From a virus, in the IMG/VR virus record IMGVR_UViG_3300009506_000014, positions 13,156 to 77,155 of that record: a stretch of DNA of 64,000 bases. One strand, written 5' to 3'. The notes under the pieces were generated by a model that was given only the letters and a program-made list of their open reading frames with translations, did not search any database and was not told where the DNA came from. Position 1 is the stretch's first letter. Each line of letters opens with the position of its first letter. Below, piece by piece: positions 47,425 to 56,909 of this stretch. The translations under genes and the position numbers were made by a program.

Positions 47425-47688
47425 ATGATGTCAAAGAAGAAAAAGAGCAATAGGAAACAATCCGATGATGTGTATGTTTATCTCAGAGCCAAAGGCTCAA
47501 ATACTGTCATCAGCAAGAAAAAGGTGACAGGAATGAATCCCAAGCAGATTGAACATGCTATGGTTGACTTGATGAGAAATCAAACCGTAGAAGTGCCGAG
47601 CTACGTGGATGACACTGAGGCTTTTGAGCTTTTGGGAATGGGTGACGTGAAGCGTAGGGAAGGGCCAAGAATTATATTACCGGGATAA
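47425..47688 (+). CDS. hypothetical protein
   Basis: RBS; resembles the next ORF (VTG/S...QIE...YVDD/FVDD). Confidence 0.55.
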   Translation: MMSKKKKSNRKQSDDVYVYLRAKGSNTVISKKKVTGMNPKQIEHAMVDLMRNQTVEVPSYVDDTEAFELLGMGDVKRREGPRIILPG

Positions 47689-47691
47689 TGT

Positions 47692-47880
47692 ATGAAAATA
47701 TATATAAGAAAATGTAGTGACAGGTCGATTGTTAATGAGATAGATGTGACAAGTAAGACCGAATTACAGATTGAAATGTTGTTGCGTAATGCCTTAATGA
47801 ATATTGACAGTACAGAGCAATTTGTTGATGATTCAGAGGTACATAAGAAAAAAATTGAGGAAAATAAAAATTTTTTTTAG
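47692..47880 (+). CDS. hypothetical protein, probable paralog of the upstream ORF
   Basis: IYIR...DVTSK...QIE...FVDDSE. Confidence 0.55.
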   Translation: MKIYIRKCSDRSIVNEIDVTSKTELQIEMLLRNALMNIDSTEQFVDDSEVHKKKIEENKNFF

Positions 47881-48093
47881 GTGACTATGTCTCGGCGTAA
47901 AATCAGCACAGAACAGCTTCATTATGCAGCTTCCTTGATTGTAAAGGCAATGGATGAAGGGCTTTACGGCGAAATTAAGTTTAAGTTTGAGGATGGAATA
48001 ATTCAGCGTGGATGGTACACCGATGTGTCCATTCCCCCAAAGGTAACAAAAAAAGTTGAAATTCCATTTGACATAGCGGATATTGTTCAATAA
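47881..48093 (+). CDS. hypothetical protein
   Basis: YGEIKFKFEDGII. Confidence 0.55.
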   Translation: MTMSRRKISTEQLHYAASLIVKAMDEGLYGEIKFKFEDGIIQRGWYTDVSIPPKVTKKVEIPFDIADIVQ

Positions 48094-48117
48094 TATTCTA
48101 TGCGTGAAGTATCTGGC

Positions 48118-48153
48118 AAAGGAGCTTCCCCGTTGGGCGGAAGTTCCTTTTTT
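48118..48153 (+). terminator. intrinsic terminator-like hairpin
   Basis: ggagcttcc/ggaagttcc stem followed by T6. Confidence 0.65.
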
Positions 48154-48192
48154 ATTTCCCCCGAAAACTGTTCAGTGACAAAGGATTGGATT

Positions 48193-49761
48193 ATGAGCAA
48201 GAAATCTAAGAAATCAAAGATAGTGACTAATGAGGTTAATACCAAGAAAAAGGGTATCCCTCAACTCTTAGTCAGTAACCTTATGCCCACAGATGTAAGG
48301 CACGCCGAATTGGAAGGTCGTGACCATATTGTTGTCCCTATGATTATGCTTGTTGAGGGTGTCCATGAGGGCAGTGGTGGCCCATTGCTTTATACCGCCA
48401 ATGAAATGTCAAAGACTCCTATTTCATGGAATCATAAACCTATTGTTGTCTATCATCCACAGGCCAATGGGGAATTCATTTCAGCAGCAGACCCGGATAT
48501 ACTGTCACGCCGAAAGATAGGTGTTGTGCTTAATACTCGGTATGAAGAGACAGAGCATGGGCCGGGACTCAAAGCTGAAGCATGGCTTGAACCGGACAGG
48601 ATAAAAATGATTGATGAGCGGATAGGGACAGCACTTGAAAATGGGCAGATGGTCGAATTGTCAACAGGTTTGTATGTTGATATTGAGCCAGTAGAAGGGG
48701 ACTGGAAGGGTGAACATTACGATGCAGTCACTTCCAATCACAGACCAGACCACTTGGCTATATTACCGGATGTCAAGGGTGCTTGCTCTATAGACGATGG
48801 GGCGGGACTTCTGAGGGTGAATGCTAAAAATAAGTCACTGCGTATTGGCAGGCTTTGGGCTGATATGTATTTTGAAAAAATGCAAGCAGCCGGGATTGAC
48901 ACAGATAAACTTCATGCTCTTGAAATGTCACACGACAATATAAGGTCACTTATTCAGTCGGCCTTGTTTGAACGCAATGACATGTTCTGGATTGAAGAGG
49001 TTTATGATAACTTTGTCATTTATGAAGATGGTGGCAAGTTATTTATGCTCGGCTATTCAGAAAAGGATGGACAGATTCAACTGGATGACATACCTGAAGA
49101 GGTCGTTCGTGTCATCGAGTATCGTACTACGGCAGGAACATACGTAGGTAATAAGTTAGAGACATTTATACGAAAGGAAATTAATATGGACAAGAAGCAG
49201 ATTGTTGATGCTCTGATTTCCAACGAAAGTACCCAATGGACAGAAGACCACAGGGACTTTTTGATGGGACTTGATGAAGAGAAATTGAAACTCTTTAGTC
49301 CCGTTGCGAATGAAGAGCAAGATGCTGATGACTCTGCTACTGACAATGCTGATGATAGTGCCGATAATTCCCAAGGGGATGACAAACAGGTGGAGAAACC
49401 GGCGGCTAATCAGCAAAAGACTGTCGAGCAGTTCATCAACAACGATGTCCCGGCTGAATACAGGGACATGTTGAGGTCGGGACTACAAGCCCACAAAAAC
49501 GCCAAGGCAACACTGATTACAAAGATTATGACTAATCAGAATAACACCTTCAGTAAGCAGCATCTTGAAATGAAGGATTTGGCGGAGTTGACGGCACTGG
49601 CGAAGCTGGCCGAAGTCCCGGAGCAGAGTCACACGGTTCAGAATCACATACCGCTCTATATCGGACAGGGTGCAATTGCCAATGAGTCCGCATCTGGTGA
49701 CGGTGTTGATGAAGAGCCGCTCGGCCTCCCTCAGATGAATTGGAGTCAACAGGATAACTAA
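48193..49761 (+). CDS. capsid maturation protease/scaffold (DUF2213-like)
   Basis: VYHP, ELSTG, PDHLAIL...GACS...GAG; coiled acidic C-terminus. Confidence 0.75.
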   Translation: MSKKSKKSKIVTNEVNTKKKGIPQLLVSNLMPTDVRHAELEGRDHIVVPMIMLVEGVHEGSGGPLLYTANEMSKTPISWNHKPIVVYHPQANGEFISAADPDILSRRKIGVVLNTRYEETEHGPGLKAEAWLEPDRIKMIDERIGTALENGQMVELSTGLYVDIEPVEGDWKGEHYDAVTSNHRPDHLAILPDVKGACSIDDGAGLLRVNAKNKSLRIGRLWADMYFEKMQAAGIDTDKLHALEMSHDNIRSLIQSALFERNDMFWIEEVYDNFVIYEDGGKLFMLGYSEKDGQIQLDDIPEEVVRVIEYRTTAGTYVGNKLETFIRKEINMDKKQIVDALISNESTQWTEDHRDFLMGLDEEKLKLFSPVANEEQDADDSATDNADDSADNSQGDDKQVEKPAANQQKTVEQFINNDVPAEYRDMLRSGLQAHKNAKATLITKIMTNQNNTFSKQHLEMKDLAELTALAKLAEVPEQSHTVQNHIPLYIGQGAIANESASGDGVDEEPLGLPQMNWSQQDN

Positions 49762-49831
49762 CCTGTAGATGATGAAGAGATAACTGTTTGTGACATAAAG
49801 ATAAAAGTATAATTAACGAAAGGAAAAAATT

Positions 49832-50284
49832 ATGGCGAACCGAATTCATTCCAAAGGTGATTGGAGACATGAGGAAGCCAGTGCTGGTGCAGCCGGTATC
49901 TATCCGGGAATGCTTGTCATGCTTAATAGTGCCGGGGCAGTTGTTGTGCATGACACCGAAGGCGGCAATGCTGAATGTGCTATTGTTATGGAAGATGCTC
50001 TTCAGGGCAAAACGGTGGATGACGTTTATACCAGTGGTGAGATTGTCTTCTATGGAATTCCTGTCACTGGGGCTGTCTTCAATGTATTGCTCGAAGCCGG
50101 GCAAACTGCTGTCATTGGCTCTAAGTTGATTAGTGCTGGTAATGGCAAGTTCAAAGTTGATACTGATGTTTCCAGTGGTGTCACAATTGGTGGCAGGGGA
50201 CGTATGCTTGTCACTGAAGAGGCTTTGGACTTATCGGCATCGGGTTCTTCAGACACCCTTATCGCTGCACGAGTCATTGTGTAA
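49832..50284 (+). CDS. head decoration/cement protein
   Basis: IYPGMLV, G.KLISAGNG; directly upstream of the MCP. Confidence 0.65.
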   Translation: MANRIHSKGDWRHEEASAGAAGIYPGMLVMLNSAGAVVVHDTEGGNAECAIVMEDALQGKTVDDVYTSGEIVFYGIPVTGAVFNVLLEAGQTAVIGSKLISAGNGKFKVDTDVSSGVTIGGRGRMLVTEEALDLSASGSSDTLIAARVIV

Positions 50285-50369
50285 TTAGGCGATTGTTAAA
50301 TTGAATGTCATTAGCTTCCTTTGCCAGATGCGAATGATAAAAATTTGAAATCAATGAAAGGGAATAAAA

Positions 50370-51425
50370 ATGGAACAAAGTTTTATACTCAATGGCATTG
50401 CCAACGGGACAGTCGCCCAAAAATTACTTGCGGTGAATGGTGACCCAAGAGCCTTGCGTCCATTTGTGGGCAGGGATGGGAGGTCACGCATCGACGTTAA
50501 TATCGCTGGTAAGGAAAGAACGATTGTCACCAATGCCACAGCCACGCTTCGCAAGGAAGATTGGATTCACCTTGACGAAATGATTGTCAAGGTAGCACGG
50601 GCAAGACTCAGGGCGGTTAGTGATATCGTGGGTGCTGGCTTGACATATAACATGCCGAATGGCATGGCTCATACGGTTCTGCAAACTGAGCGTATGGGTG
50701 ACATCAATGATGCTTCTATCAGCATGGATGGGCTGAGACAAGGCCCGGATGACAGGCCGGAATTCGATATTCAGAATTTACCGTTGCCTATCATCCATAA
50801 GGACTTTCAATTCAGCCTTCGGCAGATATTGGCGTCACGCAATGGCGGCTCTCCGCTTGACACGAGCATGGCTGAGCTTTGCGGTCGGAAGGTTGCTGAG
50901 CAAGCCGAAAAGCTCCTGTTAGGGACAGCAAGCTCCTATGCTTATGGTGGCGGTACGATTTACGGCATGACCAATTTTCCGTCACGTGTAACTCGTACAA
51001 TCACTGCTCCTACTGACAGTGCATGGACAGGGGCAACGCTGCTTGGTGAAGTCCTGCTTATGCGTCAAGACCTTGAGGATGCTTACCACTACGGCCCTTA
51101 TATGCTGTACTTCGCAAGTGCATGGAACGCATATTTGGACAATGACTATACAACGAATTATCCGATTACTGTCCGTGAGCGAATTCGCAAAATCGAAATG
51201 ATTAGTGACGTTCGCACATTGGATTATCTGACCGGGTATGATGTTGTACTTGTCCAGATGAGTTCTGATGTCATTCGAGAAGTCATTGGCATGAATGTGA
51301 CTACGTTGCAATGGGACACAGTTGGTGGTCTAATGCAGAATTTCAAAGTCATGGCAATATTAGTCCCGCAGTTACGAGCAGACATGAATGGTAATACCGG
51401 GATTAATCACGGCTCTACTTCGTAA
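50370..51425 (+). CDS. major capsid protein (HK97 fold, encapsulin/linocin-like)
   Basis: LPLPIIHKDF, YG.TNFP, YHYGPY.LY; synteny. Confidence 0.85.
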   Translation: MEQSFILNGIANGTVAQKLLAVNGDPRALRPFVGRDGRSRIDVNIAGKERTIVTNATATLRKEDWIHLDEMIVKVARARLRAVSDIVGAGLTYNMPNGMAHTVLQTERMGDINDASISMDGLRQGPDDRPEFDIQNLPLPIIHKDFQFSLRQILASRNGGSPLDTSMAELCGRKVAEQAEKLLLGTASSYAYGGGTIYGMTNFPSRVTRTITAPTDSAWTGATLLGEVLLMRQDLEDAYHYGPYMLYFASAWNAYLDNDYTTNYPITVRERIRKIEMISDVRTLDYLTGYDVVLVQMSSDVIREVIGMNVTTLQWDTVGGLMQNFKVMAILVPQLRADMNGNTGINHGSTS

Positions 51426-51476
51426 TGTGACACAAAGAGAATATAAATTGAAAATGTTATTGGAAAGGACATTACT

Positions 51477-52055
51477 ATGGCAAAGTTTTTGCTAAGACAT
51501 GGTATCCACCATCATAGTGACGGCAATACCTATGTTGCTAAAGATGTTAAGAAAGTACCTGAAGGTCACGCTGGAAATGTGGTGGAATCCGATATGGCCC
51601 TTGACGAAGTGTTTAAGGGGAAATTCGAGAGACTTGATTTTCTTGCTCCATCTGAAGTCATACAGGGGAGCGACAATAAAGCTAATGTCGCTCCCCCTTC
51701 TGAACAGGACGTCATGTTTGCAAAGTATGGCAATGAAGTGACTAACTTTGTGGATGGGCGTATCGAAGGTTCAAATATACGTGTATTTCATAAGGCTGGT
51801 TTCTTTACTGTGATTGATGTCGAAACAGAAAAAGTCATCGGTAAGGGCATGAAACGCAAAAAGCTTTCTGAGTGGTTGGATAAGTTCTTTGTTGAAGAAG
51901 ATGATGACGATGACAGTGATGGCAAGAAAACCAAAAAGAAAACTTCCAAGACCAAGGAATCATCGAAGAAAAAAGACGACGACGATGACGACGACGATGA
52001 TGATGACGATGACGATGACGACGACGACGATGACGACGATGACAACGATGAATAG
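51477..52055 (+). CDS. hypothetical protein with poly-Asp tail
   Basis: ORF after the MCP; D-rich C-terminus. Confidence 0.7.
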   Translation: MAKFLLRHGIHHHSDGNTYVAKDVKKVPEGHAGNVVESDMALDEVFKGKFERLDFLAPSEVIQGSDNKANVAPPSEQDVMFAKYGNEVTNFVDGRIEGSNIRVFHKAGFFTVIDVETEKVIGKGMKRKKLSEWLDKFFVEEDDDDDSDGKKTKKKTSKTKESSKKKDDDDDDDDDDDDDDDDDDDDDDDNDE

Positions 52056-52064
52056 GGACAGAAC

Positions 52065-52706
52065 GTGTTGTGGATGCCAGAAACAACCTGTTGGAAAGAT
52101 GAAGATGCTTTCATTTACGGCGGCGGGCCGTCACTGAAGGGATTTGATTATCAATGTCTTGTAAACGAATATGTTATAGGTTGTAATGATGCTTATAAGT
52201 TTGGGACATTGATTTGTGATATATGTGTCTTTGGTGACTATCAGTGGTTTGAATTGCATTGCAAAGGGCTTGAAAGGTATGTCAATCAGGGCGGTTTGGT
52301 AGTATCAAACTGTCCCCAATTGTGCAATACACATCTGCCTTGGCTTAAGAGAATGGAGAGACAGGCAGTTGGTCTTCACAAAAATGCTCTTGGCTGGAAT
52401 TCAAATACAGGCTCTTCAGCTTTGAACCTTGCTTTATTGCTCGGAGCTAAAAGAGTATTTTTGCTTGGCTTTGATTTAGGTAAGTCACCGGATGGTGAAA
52501 GTAACTGGCATCCAAATACACTTGATGACCCCGGAGAGGACATCTTTAGAAGATGGCAGGAAGGCTTTAGAGTTTGTGGGAAGCATTGGAAAAGCAAGTT
52601 TGGTGACAGAGAAATATACAATGTCACCAATGGAAGCAGATTAGAGGTTTTCCCGAAGCTTGATTTTGATAAATTTTGGAAAGAAAGGAGTCACAATGGA
52701 AAGTAG
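52065..52706 (+). CDS. Maf/MptE-like (DUF115-type) putative glycosyltransferase
   Basis: IYGGGPSL, IGCN, NTG..ALNLA..LGAKRVFLLGFD. Confidence 0.65.
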   Translation: MLWMPETTCWKDEDAFIYGGGPSLKGFDYQCLVNEYVIGCNDAYKFGTLICDICVFGDYQWFELHCKGLERYVNQGGLVVSNCPQLCNTHLPWLKRMERQAVGLHKNALGWNSNTGSSALNLALLLGAKRVFLLGFDLGKSPDGESNWHPNTLDDPGEDIFRRWQEGFRVCGKHWKSKFGDREIYNVTNGSRLEVFPKLDFDKFWKERSHNGK

Positions 52707-52992
52707 CCCCGAAGTTCTTGATATTCTGTCAAAGTTGGGAATACAAGCGAGTGGTGGTGTGTTGTCACTTATTGCTTTAATTCCCTTTATTGTGGCAAGG
52801 CTGAAAGATTTCCCCATACTTCGGTCACTACAGGATAAAGGATATCCTGCTTATGAAGTGACAGCCGTTGGTTTGGGAATTCTGAGTGCATTTACTTTTG
52901 GTGTTGCTAATCCTGTGGTCACTGGATTAGTTTTGGGCCTTGCTGGAATTGGTGGCCGACAAATAGCAAAGAAGAAAGGAACAGTACAATGA
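52696..52992 (+). CDS. small multi-TM protein (holin-like)
   Basis: 2-3 hydrophobic segments, basic C-terminus. Confidence 0.5.
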   Translation: MESSPEVLDILSKLGIQASGGVLSLIALIPFIVARLKDFPILRSLQDKGYPAYEVTAVGLGILSAFTFGVANPVVTGLVLGLAGIGGRQIAKKKGTVQ

Positions 52993-53504
52993 AAGGGTTA
53001 GTTTTGTTAATTTTGATGTCTTTGATGTCATTGACTTGTGCTTTTCTGGTTGGCTGTAGTCAATTGGAAAATCCACAGGTTTTGGCATCAGTCCTGACCG
53101 GGCCGGACATAGAAGAAAATCCAGACAATGACACGGCCATAAATGAAACTGTAGGACGCGTGGGTATAAAGGCAGGTCATTTGAAATTTGGCTATCAAAG
53201 TCACTACTTTGAAGGTCACGGCCCGGATTCCGCACATGGTCTATTTATAGCACAGGATTTAGTTGCTGACCCGAACGGTGCAGGTTTACTTGGCAAGCCT
53301 TATATTGGTGGCTTTGGGACTTTCAATAATGACGAGATTATGTATGGCCCTTATATCGGGACAGAATATATCATTCAAGGAATAAAATTTAATACTGAAT
53401 TTCAAATAAGGAGTTTTGACCGGGCATTGGAAGTGCTTGACCGGGAAGATGTTGACAAATATCGAGTTGTCGCCGGGCCTGTCTTTTACTTCCCTCTTGA
53501 ATGA
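52989..53504 (+). CDS. lipoprotein, possibly beta-barrel
   Basis: signal peptide with LVGC lipobox; amphipathic strands; aromatic-rich C-terminus. Confidence 0.55.
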   Translation: MKGLVLLILMSLMSLTCAFLVGCSQLENPQVLASVLTGPDIEENPDNDTAINETVGRVGIKAGHLKFGYQSHYFEGHGPDSAHGLFIAQDLVADPNGAGLLGKPYIGGFGTFNNDEIMYGPYIGTEYIIQGIKFNTEFQIRSFDRALEVLDREDVDKYRVVAGPVFYFPLE

Positions 53505-53556
53505 TATGTTGTGACAACATAATTAACTATTTGGAAAAAGAGAAAGGGGTTTTATC

Positions 53557-53817
53557 ATGTTAGGAAAAGTCAATGAGAAATCAGCTATAAGGATGGTTGA
53601 ATTTCTCGCTGTCAAAAGAGCAGGTGTTCCAAGTGTTGTTAGGGAATTTTGTCAAAAGATTTGCCAAGATACAATGTTGACAGGTGAAGATTTCAGCAAG
53701 TTAGAAGAGCAAATCAAAATTGACAATGCCAGTAATATTCAGGATGCAGCACGAGAAGGGACACAAGGCTTGGCTGAGGCTGTGGACAAGGCTGTTGAGA
53801 ATGTCACACAGCCGTAA
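53557..53817 (+). CDS. hypothetical protein
   Basis: RBS and ORF. Confidence 0.55.
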   Translation: MLGKVNEKSAIRMVEFLAVKRAGVPSVVREFCQKICQDTMLTGEDFSKLEEQIKIDNASNIQDAAREGTQGLAEAVDKAVENVTQP

Positions 53818-53834
53818 TTGAAAGGAAAAATGAA

Positions 53835-54260
53835 ATGGCAGCAAGGACTTCCGAAGAATTAGTCAAAAAATTATTAGAAGTCGATGTCTCTATTACAGAT
53901 TTCGATGTCTTCATTACAATGGCTAATGAGTTGACTACTGAATGCTGTGGTGACACATCAATAGGCTACTCTACAACAAGACTTGAATTAATCGAAAGAA
54001 ACCTTGCTGCTCATTTCATTTGTATGCGTGACCCAAGATTTGCTTCTGAAAAAGCTGGCGATGTGGCTGTCACTTATCAGCACAGGATAGATTTGGGATT
54101 TAGACAGACTGTGTTTGGTCAGGCAGCTATGCGACTTGATACTAATGGGGGACTTGCAGCACTTGACATCAGAACGGACAAAGGAAAGAAGAAGACAATA
54201 GGCATACACCACGTAGGCATTGAGAGCCAAACTGAGCTTGAAAGCTTGGGACTTGATTAG
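53835..54260 (+). CDS. head-tail adaptor protein
   Basis: LAAHF...SEKAGDVAVTY...T.FGQ.A. Confidence 0.7.
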   Translation: MAARTSEELVKKLLEVDVSITDFDVFITMANELTTECCGDTSIGYSTTRLELIERNLAAHFICMRDPRFASEKAGDVAVTYQHRIDLGFRQTVFGQAAMRLDTNGGLAALDIRTDKGKKKTIGIHHVGIESQTELESLGLD

Positions 54261-54271
54261 GAGATATATAA

Positions 54272-54484
54272 ATGCTGGATAATGGAGACAAAGCTTTGTG
54301 TGCCCAAATTGCTGCTGAAGTGACAAAAGAAATGATTAAGACTCATGTTAAAGTTTGTCCCTATGGACGTAGTATATTGAAGTTCATTTGTATTTCTATC
54401 GGCATAGCAATTGGAAGTGGATTGACAGGTGGTGGTATTGTCCTTGCCGTTTTTGAAATACTTAAAAGTAAAATAACAGGTTAG
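54272..54484 (+). CDS. small membrane protein
   Basis: C-terminal TM segment. Confidence 0.55.
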   Translation: MLDNGDKALCAQIAAEVTKEMIKTHVKVCPYGRSILKFICISIGIAIGSGLTGGGIVLAVFEILKSKITG

Positions 54485-54486
54485 CT

Positions 54487-54852
54487 ATGAGTATTATAAC
54501 AAAAATGTTGAAAGGGACATGTGTTTATTGGGCTTTGAAGTCCAATGAATCCGGGGGACTTGCTTATGATGATTTTGGTAATCCTGCTTTCACCACTCCA
54601 ATTGAATTAAGTTGTAGATGGGTGGACAAGACAAGATTGTTTGTTGAGCCTAATGGTGAGCAATGGACATCACAATCTGAAGTGTATGTCTCGCAGGATG
54701 TTGATGTCAAGGGTTTTCTGTTTAATGGAACGTTAGCTGAAGTCACCGACCAAACTGTCCCACGGAACAATACAGGTGCTTTGGAAATCAGACGTTTTGA
54801 TAAAACACCAAATCTAAGACAGACTGAGTATTTGAGGAAGGCATATTTATAA
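54487..54852 (+). CDS. head closure/stopper protein
   Basis: YDDFGNP; beta-rich; synteny. Confidence 0.6.
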   Translation: MSIITKMLKGTCVYWALKSNESGGLAYDDFGNPAFTTPIELSCRWVDKTRLFVEPNGEQWTSQSEVYVSQDVDVKGFLFNGTLAEVTDQTVPRNNTGALEIRRFDKTPNLRQTEYLRKAYL

Positions 54853-55361
54853 TGGCTATGATGGGGACAAAACTGAAAGGCGTTAATGAAGTCATTCGCA
54901 ACGCCAAGAAGTTTGCAAAGAATCACAGTCTGCAATGTGCCATTGGTTTGAAGAAAGCGGGACTTCATTTGCAGAGGGTGAGCCAGAAAGAATATGTCCC
55001 TGTTGACCAAGGGACTCTTAAGAATTCTGCTTTTACTCGTGCTTTTGGTGTGGGCTTCAGGACTGATGTTGTTGTGGGATATACAGCCGGTTATGCAGCG
55101 TATGTCCATGAGAATCTTAATGCTGCACATGGGAAGTCATTTAATCGGAAACATGCCGCTGAGATAGCAAGAGTAAGAAGGACAAGGAGGCTATATAAGA
55201 AAAAGTATGGAAATAAACCACCGAGACAAAAGCCTTACTTCCGAGCAAGGGGTGAGGGACAGATGGCAAAGTTTCTTGAATTCCCGGCACGTTTGGAACG
55301 AAAGAAAATGCTTGCCATTATAGCCAAGGAAGCAGGGCTGAAAAATACAGGAGCAGCATAA
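54852..55361 (+). CDS. neck protein (HK97 gp10-like)
   Basis: VPVDQGTLKNS, YAAYVHE, AKFLE. Confidence 0.75.
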   Translation: MAMMGTKLKGVNEVIRNAKKFAKNHSLQCAIGLKKAGLHLQRVSQKEYVPVDQGTLKNSAFTRAFGVGFRTDVVVGYTAGYAAYVHENLNAAHGKSFNRKHAAEIARVRRTRRLYKKKYGNKPPRQKPYFRARGEGQMAKFLEFPARLERKKMLAIIAKEAGLKNTGAA

Positions 55362-56080
55362 TGAATGACTTAACTATAATTTACTATACATCAAATCGAC
55401 TTCCTGAAGAAGTTGCGGAAAGAATACGTGACAATCTTATGGCTCAATTATGTAGGTTGTCTGTTATGCCTAATATCATTAGTGTGTCACGCAAGCCCAT
55501 AAATTTTAGTTCTAATATCGTAATGGGAGACAATTTTGGTGTATCACTTTATAACATCTATCGACAGATTTTAATTGGGGCACTTGCAGCAAGGACAAAG
55601 TATGTGGCTTGTTGTGAAGATGATGCTCTTTATTCATTAAGTCACTTCAGATTCAGACCATTGGATAATTGCTTTGGTTATGATATGAATAAGTTAGGTG
55701 TTTATACATGGCATCGTAACCCTGTTTATAGTTATAAGCATAGGGCTTGTATGTGGACATGTATAGCTCCAAGGGACTTGATGATAGAGACATTAATTGA
55801 AAAATTATCCATTCCTGATTTGGACAAAAAAGCAAAATGGTTTGCTGAGCCGGGACGATATGATAGACAGCTTGGAGTGACAAAGAGGAATATTGAAGAG
55901 TACAGAGCGAGTGACCCTTCAATAGTCTTTTCCCATCTGTATGCTTTAGGGGCTGAATACTTAGGCAGACGGAAAAGAACAGGTGACAATCCTCATTACA
56001 AAGAAGAGTATTGGGGTGATGCAAAAGACCTTGTATTGAAGTATTGGGGACAAAAATTATGGTTTAAGGAGATTGGATGA
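55361..56080 (+). CDS. GT-A-like protein (paralog of the C-domain of 56910-58655)
   Basis: IIYYTSN, CCEDDALY, EPG. Confidence 0.6.
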   Translation: MNDLTIIYYTSNRLPEEVAERIRDNLMAQLCRLSVMPNIISVSRKPINFSSNIVMGDNFGVSLYNIYRQILIGALAARTKYVACCEDDALYSLSHFRFRPLDNCFGYDMNKLGVYTWHRNPVYSYKHRACMWTCIAPRDLMIETLIEKLSIPDLDKKAKWFAEPGRYDRQLGVTKRNIEEYRASDPSIVFSHLYALGAEYLGRRKRTGDNPHYKEEYWGDAKDLVLKYWGQKLWFKEIG

Positions 56081-56898
56081 TGGACAAAGTTGCTATAATA
56101 TTACCGGCAAGAAATGAACGGTTTTTGCAACCGACCATTGACCACTTACTCAAAAGTGCAGTGGGTGAAATTCAAATCATCGCTGTCCTTGATGACTATT
56201 GGCCTAATCCACCGATAGAAGACCACCCGGATGTTGATATTATACATTTGGGACAAAGGCGTGGTATGCGTCCTGCTATAATGGCAGGGGTGGCAGCAAC
56301 AAACGCCAAATATATAATGAAGCTTGATGCTCATTGCTTAATGGATGAAGGTTTTGACATTAAGCTTCAGCAGGACATTGAATATGATTGGATTGTTGTC
56401 CCCCGACGATATCCTCTTGACATTGATAACTGGAAAAGAATAGAGTGGAAAATATTCGACCACTTATATTTAACAAAGCCAAGTGACACTGAACCGGGAT
56501 ATCAAGGGAAGTGGTGGAGAGAAAGAGGGGAAGCAAGGAAGAATATTTTGATTGATGACCTGATGACATTCCAAGGTTCTTGTTGGTTTTGTCATCGTGA
56601 CTACTTTTGGGAGTTTGGTGGTTTTGATTTGGGTTATGGTCACTTTTACCATGAGGCTCAGGAGATTGGTTTTCGGACATGGTTGAGTGGTGGACGTGTT
56701 GTTAGGAATAAAAAAACATGGTATGCACATCTACACAAAGGGACAAGGTTTGGTCGTGGATACTCTTTGCGAAAAGGAATACAAGAGCAGGGACGTGACT
56801 ATTTAAGAAAGGTATGGGTAGATGGAGATAATGGGCCAAAGCAGAAATATCCTCTACAATGGCTCATTGATAAATTTATGCCTATGCCCGGATGGTAA
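56077..56898 (+). CDS. GT2/GT27 (ppGalNAc-T-like) glycosyltransferase
   Basis: ILPARNE, LDAHC (DxH), GGFD...EIGFRTWLSGG. Confidence 0.8.
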   Translation: MMDKVAIILPARNERFLQPTIDHLLKSAVGEIQIIAVLDDYWPNPPIEDHPDVDIIHLGQRRGMRPAIMAGVAATNAKYIMKLDAHCLMDEGFDIKLQQDIEYDWIVVPRRYPLDIDNWKRIEWKIFDHLYLTKPSDTEPGYQGKWWRERGEARKNILIDDLMTFQGSCWFCHRDYFWEFGGFDLGYGHFYHEAQEIGFRTWLSGGRVVRNKKTWYAHLHKGTRFGRGYSLRKGIQEQGRDYLRKVWVDGDNGPKQKYPLQWLIDKFMPMPGW

Positions 56899-56909
56899 GG
56901 AGAGCAGCT

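Noticed and set aside
50370-51425. Encapsulin nanocompartment or bacteriocin
   Set aside because: Context with portal, protease and terminase indicates a true major capsid protein
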